This document shows positions 1-11,304 of a DNA stretch of 57,274 bases, piece by piece (the stretch's first letter is position 1; every line of letters begins with the position of its first letter). The position numbers and the translations under genes are program-made. The notes beneath the pieces are model-generated. The model saw nothing but the letters and a program-made list of their open reading frames with translations. It made no database searches and had not been told where the DNA came from. Location: contig NW_027367524.1 in assembly GCF_046119375.1 (NCBI RefSeq), forward strand, positions 1 through 57,274. The letters run 5' to 3'. The DNA is from Phyllobates terribilis. Taxonomy: Eukaryota.

Positions 1-170
1 AATAGTACTGCCTCAATCCATTTAATGAAATAGTAGATTGCTACAATAATGAAATCTAGGTGTCCTGGTGCCTTTGGTGAGAATGGACCTAATAGGTCTG
101 ATCCCCCCATCGCGAACAAGCAAGGGCATGCCGTAATCTGCATCTCCATTCCAGGTTGGTGATAGGCTGG
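1..170 (-). pseudogene. Ty3/gypsy Tat-type integrase fragment
   Basis: Minus-strand translation gives ...YHQPGMEMQITACPCLFAMGGSDLLGPFSPKAPGHLDFIIVAIYYFIKWIEAVL, resembling the Tat/Ogre integrase core (WGxDILGPFP..IVAIDYFTKWIEA) with degenerate substitutions. Runs off the window edge. Confidence 0.8.
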
Positions 171-171
171 T

Positions 172-500
172 TGACAGACGTGTTGTTAGGCTGTCTGGTC
201 AAAATAATCACTTCAAACTCCTCTACAAGAGTAGAGTGACAAGTAGGGGTCTAATCGCACAAGGAACCGAAAGCAATCAATTCTTACGATATTAATGAGA
301 CTAACTTAGAAAAGTAACAAATGGGGTATTTTTGGAAAACCAATTTGTTTGTTTTATTTAAATGGGAAGAACACTTCATATGGTTGGTCTAACCTACTAG
401 CATGATTCAATGGTCCTAGGTTCCTCTATCTTCTACCTCGGTTCCTCTATCTTCATATGGTTGGTCTTACGATAATCTTCTACCTCGGCTTCACGATCAA
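172..500 (-). mobile_element. 3' fragment of an Athila-like LTR lying between the Tat gag and integrase remnants
   Basis: The minus strand ends ...tttgaccagacagcctaacaacacgtctgtCA, similar to the Athila LTR end at 29110-29146 (tttgacaggaccaacgaccggtaaaacgcctgtCA). It has internal sub-repeats (cttcatatggttggtct x2; tcttctacctcgg x2). Right boundary is approximate. Confidence 0.45.
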
Positions 501-2007
501 TGCTTCGGTACTCGGCGGTATTATGACTGTTGATGTGGTGTCTAGCGCACCACACCCCTTGGTCCTAGGGCATCGATGGTCTGTCTCGGCCTCTATTGCC
601 CTGCACAGCAACCATCGAGAATTGTGTATGGCCCTGATTGCCTTGTGTTTGGAGGGCTGGGGTCGTCGAGGATTTTTCAGGTTGTTTCTTGGGCCCCCAC
701 GACGTATGTCCTCTGTGACTGGCACCTGATGCCTAGCCTTGCTTCCTCGAGACTTCGTGACCCTGATTCCGCCCTAAAATCTTATCCGATTCAATTTGGC
801 CATAGGCTTTTTGTAACATTTGATCGTAAGTGAGTTACTTGTGTTTTCTCCACAGCGTGTCTTTGAAATCCGGGTCATCGAATAATCCACCAAAGAATGC
901 TTGCCTTGCTCCCTGCTCGGTAAAATCATGGGCCTTGAGCGCCATTGCAGTGAACCTCCTGATATAGGATTCCAGGGTCTTGCCTATCTTTTGCTTTACC
1001 CCTTGAGTTTGTAACGTCGTCACCTTGCGCTTCTTAGAGGCGCTGAAATGGGTTACGAAGTGCCTCTAAGTCGTCAAAGTTCTGAATTGTTCTCTTAGGC
1101 AGCGAGAGCATCCATGAGAGAGTTGTTCCCGACAACGTGTTTGGGAAACCTTTGCACATAGTGGCGTCGTCCGCGTTGCAAGCCAGCTGGTATAATATGG
1201 GGTCTCCCCCTCCGGCGGGATAAAAAAAGGTTGTATTAAAGTTTTGATCATGGCATAGCGGTACCGGTTGATGTGATCTCGAGGATCCTCGGTGCCTGTA
1301 TAGTCCTTCGAGACGGGGTACTTGAAATCGTCGCACGCCAGAGCACCGACAATGTGGTCAGCGAAGATAGTGCCCCCTCTCAAGTTCGACCCCGCACTAA
1401 CTTGGTGGCCTAGGAAAGGACTTGGTTAGGTGGCGAAAAATCCGCTCAGTCGAGGTCCCATTAACTGGTCGTGGTTGGGTACTCGGGCATGGGATTGGCA
1501 TAAGGGTTGTAGTGGGGCTCGTGGAATTGTGGTGGAGGGTTCTGTGGCGCATAGGTCTCATAGAATCTCGAGGGCAGAAGTTGTGGCTCGTATGCGGGTG
1601 CGTTTGCCCGTAGAGGGGCTCGGGAGGCTCATAAGCCCTCTCATACTGACTATTCGGATACCAAGGTGCTGCAGAGTGACGTTCCGCGCCATGTGGATGG
1701 GCGTTTAGTTGAGGTTGGTTCTCCATGTGGAAGAGTCGTGCCTCTTCTTCCAACTGGGATTTCTTTAGCTCGTCTTGTTGGTGTTGCCTTTCGACGACTT
1801 CTTGTCGAAGTCGTTGATCCTCTTCTTCTTCTTCTCGTTGTTTCTTGGTTTCTCTCCAAAGTAGGTAGTTGTTGTATTCGGCGATCTCTTCGCTTGTTGC
1901 GTGGCTCCGATTCCTGATGGTATTGTTTCCAACAGAGGGGCTGGGTGCAGTAGCTGCTCGGGAACTGGACCTTGAGGTATGCTCGATGCGTTGTTAGCGT
2001 TGGCCAT
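480..2007 (-). pseudogene. Degenerate Tat/Retand-type gag
   Basis: Starts MANANN at 2007. Frameshifted pieces carry retrotransposon gag motifs (YTGTEDPRDHINRYRYAM; DDATMCKGFPNTLSGTTLSW; LESYIRRF) and a degenerate zinc knuckle (VWCARHHINSHNTAE) near 510-550. Confidence 0.8.
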
Positions 2008-2047
2008 CTTGTGTACTCTTGATTAGCTTAATTGTGTGAGGAAGAAA

Positions 2048-2062
2048 CCACGGTCGGTGCCA
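2048..2062 (-). promoter_or_regulatory. Primer-binding site of the Tat-type element
   Basis: Minus strand TGGCACCGACCGTGG, 4 nt after the LTR-terminal CA; resembles the Lys/Arg-type PBS of Tat elements. Confidence 0.65.
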
Positions 2063-2066
2063 GTAT

Positions 2067-2527
2067 TGATGCACATATTTCTCGTCGAGACAACACTTCT
2101 CGTCGAGTGGCTGAAGACCTACTGTTTTCTCTCCTTTACTGAGGGTGAGCTTGATTAAGGATGCCAAGAGTCTCGAATGGATCGTCGATCGCCTAGGGTT
2201 CCTCCTCGCTGCGGTACCTGCACGACCAAATCCAGAGGGGGTCTTCCTCTGAATTTGGCTCTCCGATGCTCAAGTCAGTCGAGGCTTAAATGAGGGATAA
2301 TAGTGCTTCAGGAGAGAAAGAGAATAAAGTAAAACAAGGCTTTATCGCTCTAAATTTTGGCAGAGTTTCAGTACGCTCCAAGTATCCTCCTCCATACTCC
2401 TGATTTGCCAGTATATATAAGGAAGCGTATTTCCTCTTTCTTTGGGCTTTTGTTTCATGGGAACTTTTCCATTTAAAAACAAGACTGACAAGGACCGAAA
2501 GTCAGGCCCACGAAATCCGCCCCAACA
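2067..2527 (-). mobile_element. 5' LTR of the Tat/Retand-type element
   Basis: TG...CA boundaries (tgatgc...cccaaca), adjacent PBS, and the motif ctccgatgctcaagtcagt common in Tat LTRs. Right end inferred. Confidence 0.65.
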
Positions 2528-3527
2528 ACGATATTATGAAAATGACAAAGTACTATTACAAATAGCACGATCCGACATCATTCATCTTTCATAATTTAGT
2601 GGAAGTATTGGAGTTTCCTTTGTCTATCAGTTTTTATCCTAGAAATAAAAAGCTTAATTAGATACGACTACATAGAACCGTACATAAATTTACTTTTACA
2701 TAGTCTTTCATTAGAGTAACCAACTATTCTTTTCCTTGCATGGTTGACTGGTGTAATCTATGCATATATCACACATCAAGAAACTTTCTAAGTTGTGAAG
2801 AAGAGATGCTAACATTTTAGATTTAGTGTTTCAAGTTTGCTTTATCAAGATTGAAGATCCTAGTGTTGATAATTCTTGTATTTTTTCAAGTCTTTCGCAA
2901 TGAATGTAATTTAGTTTGGATTATGCGTTGGTTTTCTGCACTATTTCGTAAGGCATTAAGAGTATACATGCTATCATATTTTCTCTATTTAATCATTTTA
3001 CGATGTTATTTGTTTATGTAAGGGATTATTTGCCAAATCACGAGGTTCATTTATTAAAATTCATGTTCATCTTTCATTTTTAATTTTCCATGTTTATTTT
3101 TTCCCTTCATTTTTTGAATGATTCATATTACAATTTTTGTATTGGTCATTTGGTAGTAAAAAACATCGCAAAGAAATGAAGAAAAAAATGCCATGTTGTG
3201 GGATGTGAGACATTCTCACTATTTTCGCGATAGGGCAGTGGATCCTTCCTTTAAATACTTACATTGTACATGAACATCAACAAATGTAATATTTAGTCGC
3301 AATATTAGTGAAGTAAATTTTTTGCAATATAAGATATAAATGGAGTGCTCTTCATCTCGCAGCAATGCCATCTTTACCAACCTCAACAAAAACGGATGTC
3401 AGAGAGCAAAAATTCTAGCATTCTACTCATATCAGTTTCACTCCACAATATTAGCATGAAGAACACAGAAAGCAGAAGTTACTCTACTCACTTCACTTGC
3501 ATTCATCAAAAAGGGTTTCAAGTCAAA

Positions 3528-6500
3528 TTACTTTGTTGCCTGTACGAGTCTATCACCTTCAAGAAGTTTAGCAGGAAACTCGGCTTGACAGTTTCTAATG
3601 TGTGACTTGAGCCGGGGTAAGTTAGGGTGCGCGCTTCTACACCGGTTACAGCGCAGCTCCATGGAGAGCAGGCGGTCATCGCCATTTACGGATGCTTTCC
3701 CATTCTTGCTCACCTCCTCGATCACATCTACTGAGTCGAAAAAGAAGGCGGTGTTGAATGAGTTCCAATGCTTTTTGTTTTTCAAATGTGGAGACTCAAA
3801 ATCTTGACTTATAACATGAAGGTGTAGCTGTCTCATTGATGGAACCTGCAGTATGAGACATTCTTACACTAATCATTTCAAATCCGATTGATACATGACA
3901 TTTAAATAACTTATATCAGGTATGAGTATGAGAGATAACTTTGATATACCAATTCCTTGAGTATGAGAGATAACTTTGATATACCAATTCACAAGGAGAT
4001 ATCAAAACAACACTCTAAACGTAAAAAGATACTCCCTCTATCCCATTATATAATTCATGTTTCCTTTTTAGGCGTCCCAAAAATACTTCGTACTTCAGTT
4101 TATAGAAATGTTCAACATTTTAATTTATCTTCTCCCAATACCATTTATCATCATCTCTCTCCTTTTTTTTTCCAGTTACTCCTTATTCAATCATTACTAA
4201 CATACTACCTAAAGTCTCGCGTAATTTTGGAAACGAGAACTATATTATGTAGGACGGAGGTAGTATTCTAATATCACTGATATCAATATCTGGATCCGAT
4301 ATACCAAACATGGATATGGGTATTATTGAAGTGTCACACCCATATCTGATATCCTGATATGGATACCAAACGGACCCTTATAAATTCATAACTAAATGAT
4401 AGAACGGCTGAAACACATTAGAGCTCAGATTAGAACATACCGAATGATATCCAAGACGGAAAATTAGTGACTCGTCATCCTGTAGGAACTTTTTTGCCCA
4501 TTTAATTCCCACTTCATGCATTGTCCTTAGCAAATGAAGATGCTCCTCAGATACATCTGCTAGACGATCAAGACCTTCCAGTCTTGCAAGCACAAGAACA
4601 TGTTTTTTGGCCTGGGGGAATGCATTTCTTTGCAGGCTCAGTCTGGGTTAACCGAATATAAAAAAAATTACAGAAAGGGATCATATACCTTTGGATACGC
4701 ATCATTTAAGACTACCACATCATTAGTCACCTCAAAAATATCATTTTTGTACTTCTCAGGATGTACTGCAATATTGTATAGAGCTTGAGCCCAAGAGCCC
4801 CAAGTCTTTGATGCACCCATTTTGTTCTTCTGTGGGCTCACTTTAGAATTTGCAGGATCAATGGTTTCAGAACTCTGCAACTTTTCATGCTTGTGTAAGG
4901 GTACTGTTGATTGTTCTTCAACAATAGATATAAAACTTTCGAATAGAGATGAGTAAGCATTCTGAAGGACTCTGCAACCTTCACCATAATCGCCGTTTAG
5001 ATAATTGGGTCTTTGGGGATTCATATTTGGTCCAAGAACATGAATGACATGGGTTACCCCTTCCCTACTGTATAATGGTGAGCTTGAAGGAAGTGGAACA
5101 ACAATGGCCTTTCCTGGGGAAAGATTTCCAGCTTGTTTCTTAGTTGCAGCCTCTAAAGCTGGGCCAGCAGCACTATATATGGCAGCGTTAACTCCCCCTC
5201 CTCCAGGTTTTAATCTCCTGAATACAACTTTTTCAAGGTCAGTAGTTAACTATTTTCATATCAGCTTGTGTTCAAAATGTGCTACCCTGAAGATATTCAG
5301 GTACTTGTTTGCATTCTGAGAATTACTCCTACTCTCTATTTATACAGTTAAATGAAGTGTTCATCATAATTAATCCATCATGTTTCAATTACTCCATTCT
5401 GTTATGAACCTCAGCATAGAATCTAGTCATGGGTCTCTAGGGACAGAGAACTCTTCCTAGAATCTATGGTGGATAGGTGAATGAGGATAGGAAAAGGGAC
5501 AAAGGTTAGTTCTTTCTAGACCTTCTCATACGTTTATTCTGAAACATGACTCGATTAATATTATGCTTATCAATTAACAATAATCCAACCTTTCCAATTT
5601 AGGGTCTTAACCTATGCATGAAAAAAAGTGAAAATATTCACCTAACAAAAATATTCTAGATATTCTAGCTCCTAAATGTAAGATAACTATAAACTACTAA
5701 ATTATAAGAAATAATAAACTATCCTAAGCATTTCCTCTTTCTCAGCCATGGTCTTTGGACGCATCACATTCCTACACTGTAGTTATGCATACATGAATCT
5801 AGCCCATCCATAGACACATGACAACCCATCAGTGTTCTAGAAAACGCGCCTAGGCGGGCCTAGGTGCGTGGCGGCACTCTAATGTTGCGATTAATTGCTA
5901 GGCGTTTTCAGCTAGGCAGTGGGAAAAAAATCGTCCGTCTAGGCCCGTTTTTTAGAACACTGGATGGAACAGAGGATGATGTAGAAGATAATGATGAGTT
6001 TGAGCTTGATCAATCATACATGGAGCAAGAAGTTAATGTTTAAGTTGAGGAGGATAATGAGAATGAAGAGATGGAGGATTAGAATATATTTCTATTTTAT
6101 TAAATTGAAATTTGCGTTGAAAATTATAGAGATTTTTACTTGTTGTGGTCTTGTAGATCTCTTTCAGAATAATGCTATAAAATCTATGAGTTTTGGATGA
6201 TTAATTAACAAATTATATGCTTATATTAAAATTACATAGTTAAATTATGAATTACTATGAAAATTATGAATCAATATATTTCTATTTAGCTTTACATATA
6301 AGGATATTATATTAAAATATAAAAAATAAGTGTTATAATAATGATCCGCCTAGGCTCCCGCCTAGACACTAGGCCCTCCCTTACCGCCTAGCACCCGCCT
6401 AGCGTTTTTTAAAACACTGCGTCCATAAAGTAAAAAAGGATCATATGGTAAATAGTGTTATAGAAAACCAAGCTTACCAGTTAGCAGCATTAGCTATAAC

Positions 6501-8772
6501 ATTGCAACGCAAGCCTCCAACAGAATGAAGCTGAGTAATATCTCCTACAAATGTGCAAAACCTGTTGGAATCAACTTTCTTGGCTGCAGCTTTAGCTTTC
6601 ACCAGGGACAAAATCCTTGATCTATGACTCAGATCTACCATAACCAACTTTATATTGTCATGCTTACCCAAGCACTCTTGTACTTTCTCAACAATGATTT
6701 CAGAAGCTTTCTCATAGTCAAATTGAAAATCTGCTGTCGAAATTGAAGGAAATGCAAGGGTGGGAGTATCAGGAATGTCAATTGAAGCAGCTTCAGAAGG
6801 TATACCAACCCCAACGGGCTCTGCTTCCAATACATCATCTAACCTCATCTTCTTTGGAGTAGGTGAAAGAGAATGTTTTTGCTCAACTTCATCAATGCCA
6901 ATATGCTCTTTATCTTTTACCTGATCAGGAAGTGAACTCGTTGTACCATCGGGTATAGATTTAGAAGGTTGATCAAGTTTCTTCATGAACTTCATTATAC
7001 CTACTTGGACCTTAGCAACTGGACTTTTCTGGCCAAAATAGCCAGATGGGAGGTTATCAGTCAGACCAAGTGTTGAGTATGCGTTAACAGCATCTTTCAC
7101 ATCATTCTCACTCTGACAGTAAGTGATTCTACAATATCCTTCACTAAGTTTAGGCAGTTCCTTCTTTTGTAGCATTCGATTTACAACAGCTGCAGCTTTT
7201 CCTCCTTGTAGTTTTCCTTCATGGTCTGTCCTCTTCACACATCTAGAAATGCAGAGCTTAGCAGGCAGGTCGAGCACAACAGCATGTAAATCAAATTTAG
7301 AGCTACCAAGTTTTATAAAATCTGCACGTTGTTCTCTATCCAGATTGCATCTGTCAATAAATATACTTTTCCCTTCTTTTAATGCATTAGCAGCACTGTT
7401 TAAGCATTGAGGTTTAGTACCAGATTTGCCATTATTTATTATGTCCTGCAAAATAGCACACAAAGGATGACCAAACACTGTTGTAGAAGCACTGACAGAC
7501 CACTGCAAATTTCAAAACTTAGGAGCAACATATTTATCTCTGAAGTCATGTAACATCTACATGGATGCTCAATAATTAATAAATGAGGAAATGATACAAA
7601 AGTACATCAGTCGATGCTATACTAGAGTCTAGAAGTCCTCGGTGGTCAATGGAGAGGAAATTTAATCCAGGCTTTGTGTTAAAGGAAAAGAAAACTAAAT
7701 AAACTAGATATCCAATTAATTTACTAGACCTTTGTTGATCAACAAAAAGGCCTACACTCATCCAGTAATTTGGGAAAAAAAAATACAGACAGCCAAAAGA
7801 GCAGAAGGGTCAACCCCGACTTATGTAATAGGCATGGAGAGAAACACTCGTCAAGTAGAATTTAATGATTGCCTTCATAATTTTTAAGCTTAAGGAAATG
7901 TGATTGTATATAAATGATTCCTGGTAGGCAAGCATAGTTTAGCTTCACTAAGCTTAGGTTGTCTTGTCACCTTATAGTTTCAGTTCAGTTGTTATACTGA
8001 TCACATACTTAGTCTTTGCATTCTGTGTAGAGCAGTGTTCATTGTAGTGTTTCTTGACTCACATTTAACATTCTTTTTCAGCTCACAATCTTATTCTAGA
8101 CAGTCTTCATATTTACTTTCTCCTCCCTTTCCAGGAACTAACTCTGAAGCTCAAATGAATCTCCCACTTTGTTTTTATATTTGCCAATTTATATAGAATC
8201 AGTGTTACGAACGGGAATACCAGTAGCCCAATTAAAGGTCTCTCTGGTCGACTATCCATTCCCAGACAAGCAGATACTACCAATATCACAAGACACAATA
8301 TACTTGGTTATATGCAGTGATTTTTCTTACTTGCTCAGAACAAACGTTCCTAATTATCTTATCCCCTTCATTCTATAACAAAAAAATTTAACCGGGACAG
8401 GGATCGCACAGTGCATTCATCAAACATTGAAGCACAGCTCCTTGGAAAGGAAAACCCTAACATGTAAGTAGAGACAAGAAAGACCTGGCAGATGCGCGCC
8501 CATGGGCGAGAAGAGGAACGAATGACATTATCACAGAAGGTGGACTTGCCGCTCCCAGGCGCACCAACCAGCATCACAATGATCTGCTTTCCATTATGTT
8601 CATCATTTTTGTTGCCTTCTCCTAGAATTTAGATTTTTATTCCCTTGTAAGTAATCATGGCAGAAACTGAAGGCTGGTAGTATTGTTGAAGTAAACAAAG
8701 CAAAAGTAGAGCGATTGTAGTGCGAATTCACAGATTACCTTGAATAGGCCCCGAATCGATCTCCATTTCCAT
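3528..8772 (-). CDS. APTX: Aprataxin-like multidomain protein (AAA_33/P-loop kinase, macro domain, HIT, C2H2-type Zn finger); At5g01310/bHLH140-type, about 718 aa
   Basis: Exons 8739-8772, 8485-8621, 6478-7445, 4689-5217, 4441-4611 and 3528-3845, all GT-AG and phase-compatible, sum to 2157 nt (718 aa + TAA). Motifs: Walker A GAPGSGKST, macro NAANW/RLKPGGGGVNAAI, HIT HSVPSMRQLHLHVISQD, CNRC...H Zn finger. No bHLH seen. Confidence 0.93.
4032..4263. mobile_element. Stowaway MITE in APTX intron 5
   Basis: Termini ctccctctatccc ... ggacggaggtag (one mismatch to the GAGGGAG consensus), flanked by TA on both sides. Confidence 0.75.
4270..4377. mobile_element. Partial Tourist/PIF-Harbinger MITE end
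   Basis: ccaaacggaccc followed by TTA, the reverse complement of a GGGTCCGTTTGG TIR. The partner TIR is not clearly identifiable. Confidence 0.45.
5400..5766. mobile_element. Solo LTR (367 bp) in APTX intron 3
   Basis: TGTTATGA...GCATCA termini with a perfect 5-bp TSD CATTC (5395-5399 and 5767-5771); no internal coding region. Confidence 0.8.
5830..6419. mobile_element. hAT-derived non-autonomous element(s) with CAGTGTT termini
   Basis: cagtgttcta at 5830, tagaacactg at 5953-5962 and aaaacactg at 6411-6419, with clustered (c)ctaggcg subterminal motifs. No matching TSD found. Confidence 0.55.
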
Positions 8773-8896
8773 GTTTTTTCAAGTGAGACCTTTTTCCCTC
8801 TCCTCTGCGAGGTAATGACAAGAAACAAATGCCTCAACTCGTGAAAGTCAAATGTGCGCCACCGCGCAAAAACAAAAAGAAGAAAAAGTAAAATGC

Positions 8897-8970
8897 TAGT
8901 CCCGGCGGGGCTCGAACCCGCGACCTTCGGCTCATAAGACCAACGCTCTAACCAACTGAGCTACGGGACT
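8897..8970 (-). tRNA. tRNA-Ile(UAU)
   Basis: 74-nt AGTCCCGTAGCTCAGTTGGTTAGAGCGTTGGTCTTATGAGCCGAAGGTCGCGGGTTCGAGCCCCGCCGGGACTA. 7-bp acceptor stem, intact A and B boxes, TAT anticodon at 8934-8936, upstream TATA-like/CAA elements, downstream T-runs. Confidence 0.96.
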
Positions 8971-10059
8971 TGAACGATGTTCACATTCTGTTGGTCAAAT
9001 TATACTTTAGTTAGCTCACGTCAAGTAAGTCTACTTGTAGTGTTTATTACCAAGCTGAATGAGCTGGGATAAGTCTTGAATCTTGATCAGAACGATAAAA
9101 AAAATTTGAAGCAATTTTGGACTTGGAAACACCAATACTTCACGAACGATATGGTCATTAATCGGAATTTCAATCAGTATTTTTATCATACAATTAACTA
9201 TTTTTATCATACAGTGAGTGCTATATAATTTCAATGTGTTTTCAAAAGTGTCGAAATCTGCAAATGATACGTGTAATAATAAGTAAGAAGAGATAGTTTT
9301 AAATATGCATTTTCTTGTCTCATAATAGTTTAATTATTTCACAAATTCTATTTATTTAACTTAAACTTAATATATATAATATATTTGAGAATTTTTTTTA
9401 AAAACACCATTTATATCACTAATTATTTTAAATCACCCATTATATATGTTCTGTTACCAATGCAACACCTCTTTGTTTCTGCCGTTAGAAAATCCATCCA
9501 AACATGTGATTTTACCGTTGTACCCCTGAATTTTTTTGAAAACCACATTTTTTACCAGGTTGCAAGTTAATTCAACCGGTTAAAAACACCCCCTCCTCCA
9601 TCTCCAATTGATTCCCCATTCGAGTTCGGTTTTTAGGGTTCTTCAACTAATTCCTCCAATTCGGCGTCAAATCAGCGTCAATTGGTAAGCAATTTTTAGG
9701 GTTTTTGTTTAATCTTCTCCTTCTATCAATTTCCCTCCTTCAATTCATCTTCAACTGACTGGAACGACTTGGTACGAGCGGCTGGAACAAGAGCAATCTG
9801 TGGGGGTTTGAGGTAGTTTTCTCCCAGGTTTTTGCTTGGTTAGTATAATTTTGGTATGTTGATGCTTTATTTTGTGGTTTATGTGGATGTGCTTGAGGGA
9901 TTAACAGTTTACGGTGTGGTGTGTAAATGAGATTGTTGTGAATTTTTTATGAATTTTTGGATTTCACTATGTGCTTTCAGTTTGTTCATGTAATTTAGTA
10001 TGTGCTTTTTAGTTGTGCTCTGAATCAATGATTTATGGACATATTGATCGAAGAAGGTG

Positions 10060-10470
10060 ATGTTGTCTAGATCAGGATCCTCTAATTCATACAACAGTAA
10101 TGTGGCAATTATGTGTTTTTGTAAAGTTAAGGCAAAAATGAGTAATGCACACACTATTCCAAACTATGGAAGGAGATTCTTTGGATGTGCTAACTTCAGG
10201 TCAAATAAAGGATGCAATTTTTTTTCTTGGGTTGATGATCTGTTTGAGCCACAACCAGCTAATGTCATATACAGATTGGTGAAGCAGAAGAAGGAGTTGG
10301 AAGAGATTGTGATCAAACTTGAAGAATCTTTGAGGGCTAAAGAGTTGGAGCTTGCAAGAAAATCTAGTGGGCATAGGATAGACATAGTTATTGTTGTTGG
10401 TTTTGTTTTATTGTGGTGGCGAAGATTCTGTTGGCTTAGGTGTTATATTGATCATGCTTTAGTTCTCTGA
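10060..10470 (+). CDS. GRF-type zinc finger + coiled coil + hydrophobic C-terminus, MULE accessory ORF
   Basis: CFC...NYGRRFFGCANFRSNKGCNFFSWVDD GRF motif followed by a heptad-like region (KQKKELEEIVIKLEESL) and IVIVVGFVLLWW. ORF is uninterrupted. Confidence 0.7.
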   Translation: MLSRSGSSNSYNSNVAIMCFCKVKAKMSNAHTIPNYGRRFFGCANFRSNKGCNFFSWVDDLFEPQPANVIYRLVKQKKELEEIVIKLEESLRAKELELARKSSGHRIDIVIVVGFVLLWWRRFCWLRCYIDHALVL

Positions 10471-10809
10471 TTTTCAAGTTTATGCTTTTGTAATGACGAC
10501 CTATTGTAATGGAATTTATGTGGTCTAATAAATTAGTATTTCTCAGCAAATTTTCCATCTATTTGTGTTACTTTGTTGGTGATTAGTATGTGGTTTAATA
10601 AAATATTTTCTCAGCAAATTAGTATGTGCTATAATTAATTCATACAAGCAATAAAATAAGGTAGCACTAATTAAAACATGTTGATTCATAACACAACCAA
10701 AATAGTTCAAACATGTTGATTCAACAATCATAAAAACACAGAAAAAGAAAGAAAAGCACACTCCTAAAAACACACATAAAAAGCAACAGACTGGTACTTC
10801 TTCCGTCCT

Positions 10810-11300
10810 TCAAGCTTTGAAGATGCGAACCTTGTATGAGGCACCTCCACTATGTCCATCGTCTCTTTGAAACATCACTGCATCATGCTTGACCAATCCT
10901 GTGTCTTTAACAAAATCTCTCCAACCACTTCCCAACCTATACTGGTTGTTGCTGAATTTGAGAAGACAAGTCCATTGTTTGCAGCCATACGAAAGCGTAA
11001 CCATTTGATTCTTGAAGTTGTGGAGGAACTGTTCACAATGTTCAAGTGGAAGAGGTTGCATGGGGGACACAAGTTAGTAGACAAACATGTATAGTGAAAT
11101 AACATGTGAAATAACAAGATAATACCAAGCGACAATCATTGAGGACAAAACTTCTCTTCAGGGATATAACAAAGTTGATTTCTGGCCTTGTGATGTAGTT
11201 TTTAGATCTTTTTAGAGCTCGCTTAGGATTTGTCAAGCTCAATGATGTTGATATTAGGAGCTTGTGTGGTGGGTCTTTCATCATCTGTGGTGGTGTACCC
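10810..11300 (-). pseudogene. B3 DNA-binding-domain gene fragment inside the MULE
   Basis: FVISLKRSFVLNDCRL, then a putative intron, then PLPLEHCEQFLHNFKNQMVTLSYGCKQWTCLLKFSNNQYRLGSGWRDFVKDTGLVKHDAVMF; matches the B3 pattern GWxxFVxDNxLxxGD. No start codon or 5' end. Confidence 0.65.
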
Positions 11301-11304
11301 CTCG

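Noticed and set aside
3528-3845. HIT motif with Q in place of the first His (SMRQLHLH) as a loss-of-function sign
   Set aside because: From memory this is the usual form in plant aprataxin-like proteins.
8773-9386. bHLH-encoding exon expected from the name bHLH140
   Set aside because: No bHLH-like translation is visible upstream; the gene starts cleanly at 8772 and the tRNA occupies the adjacent DNA.
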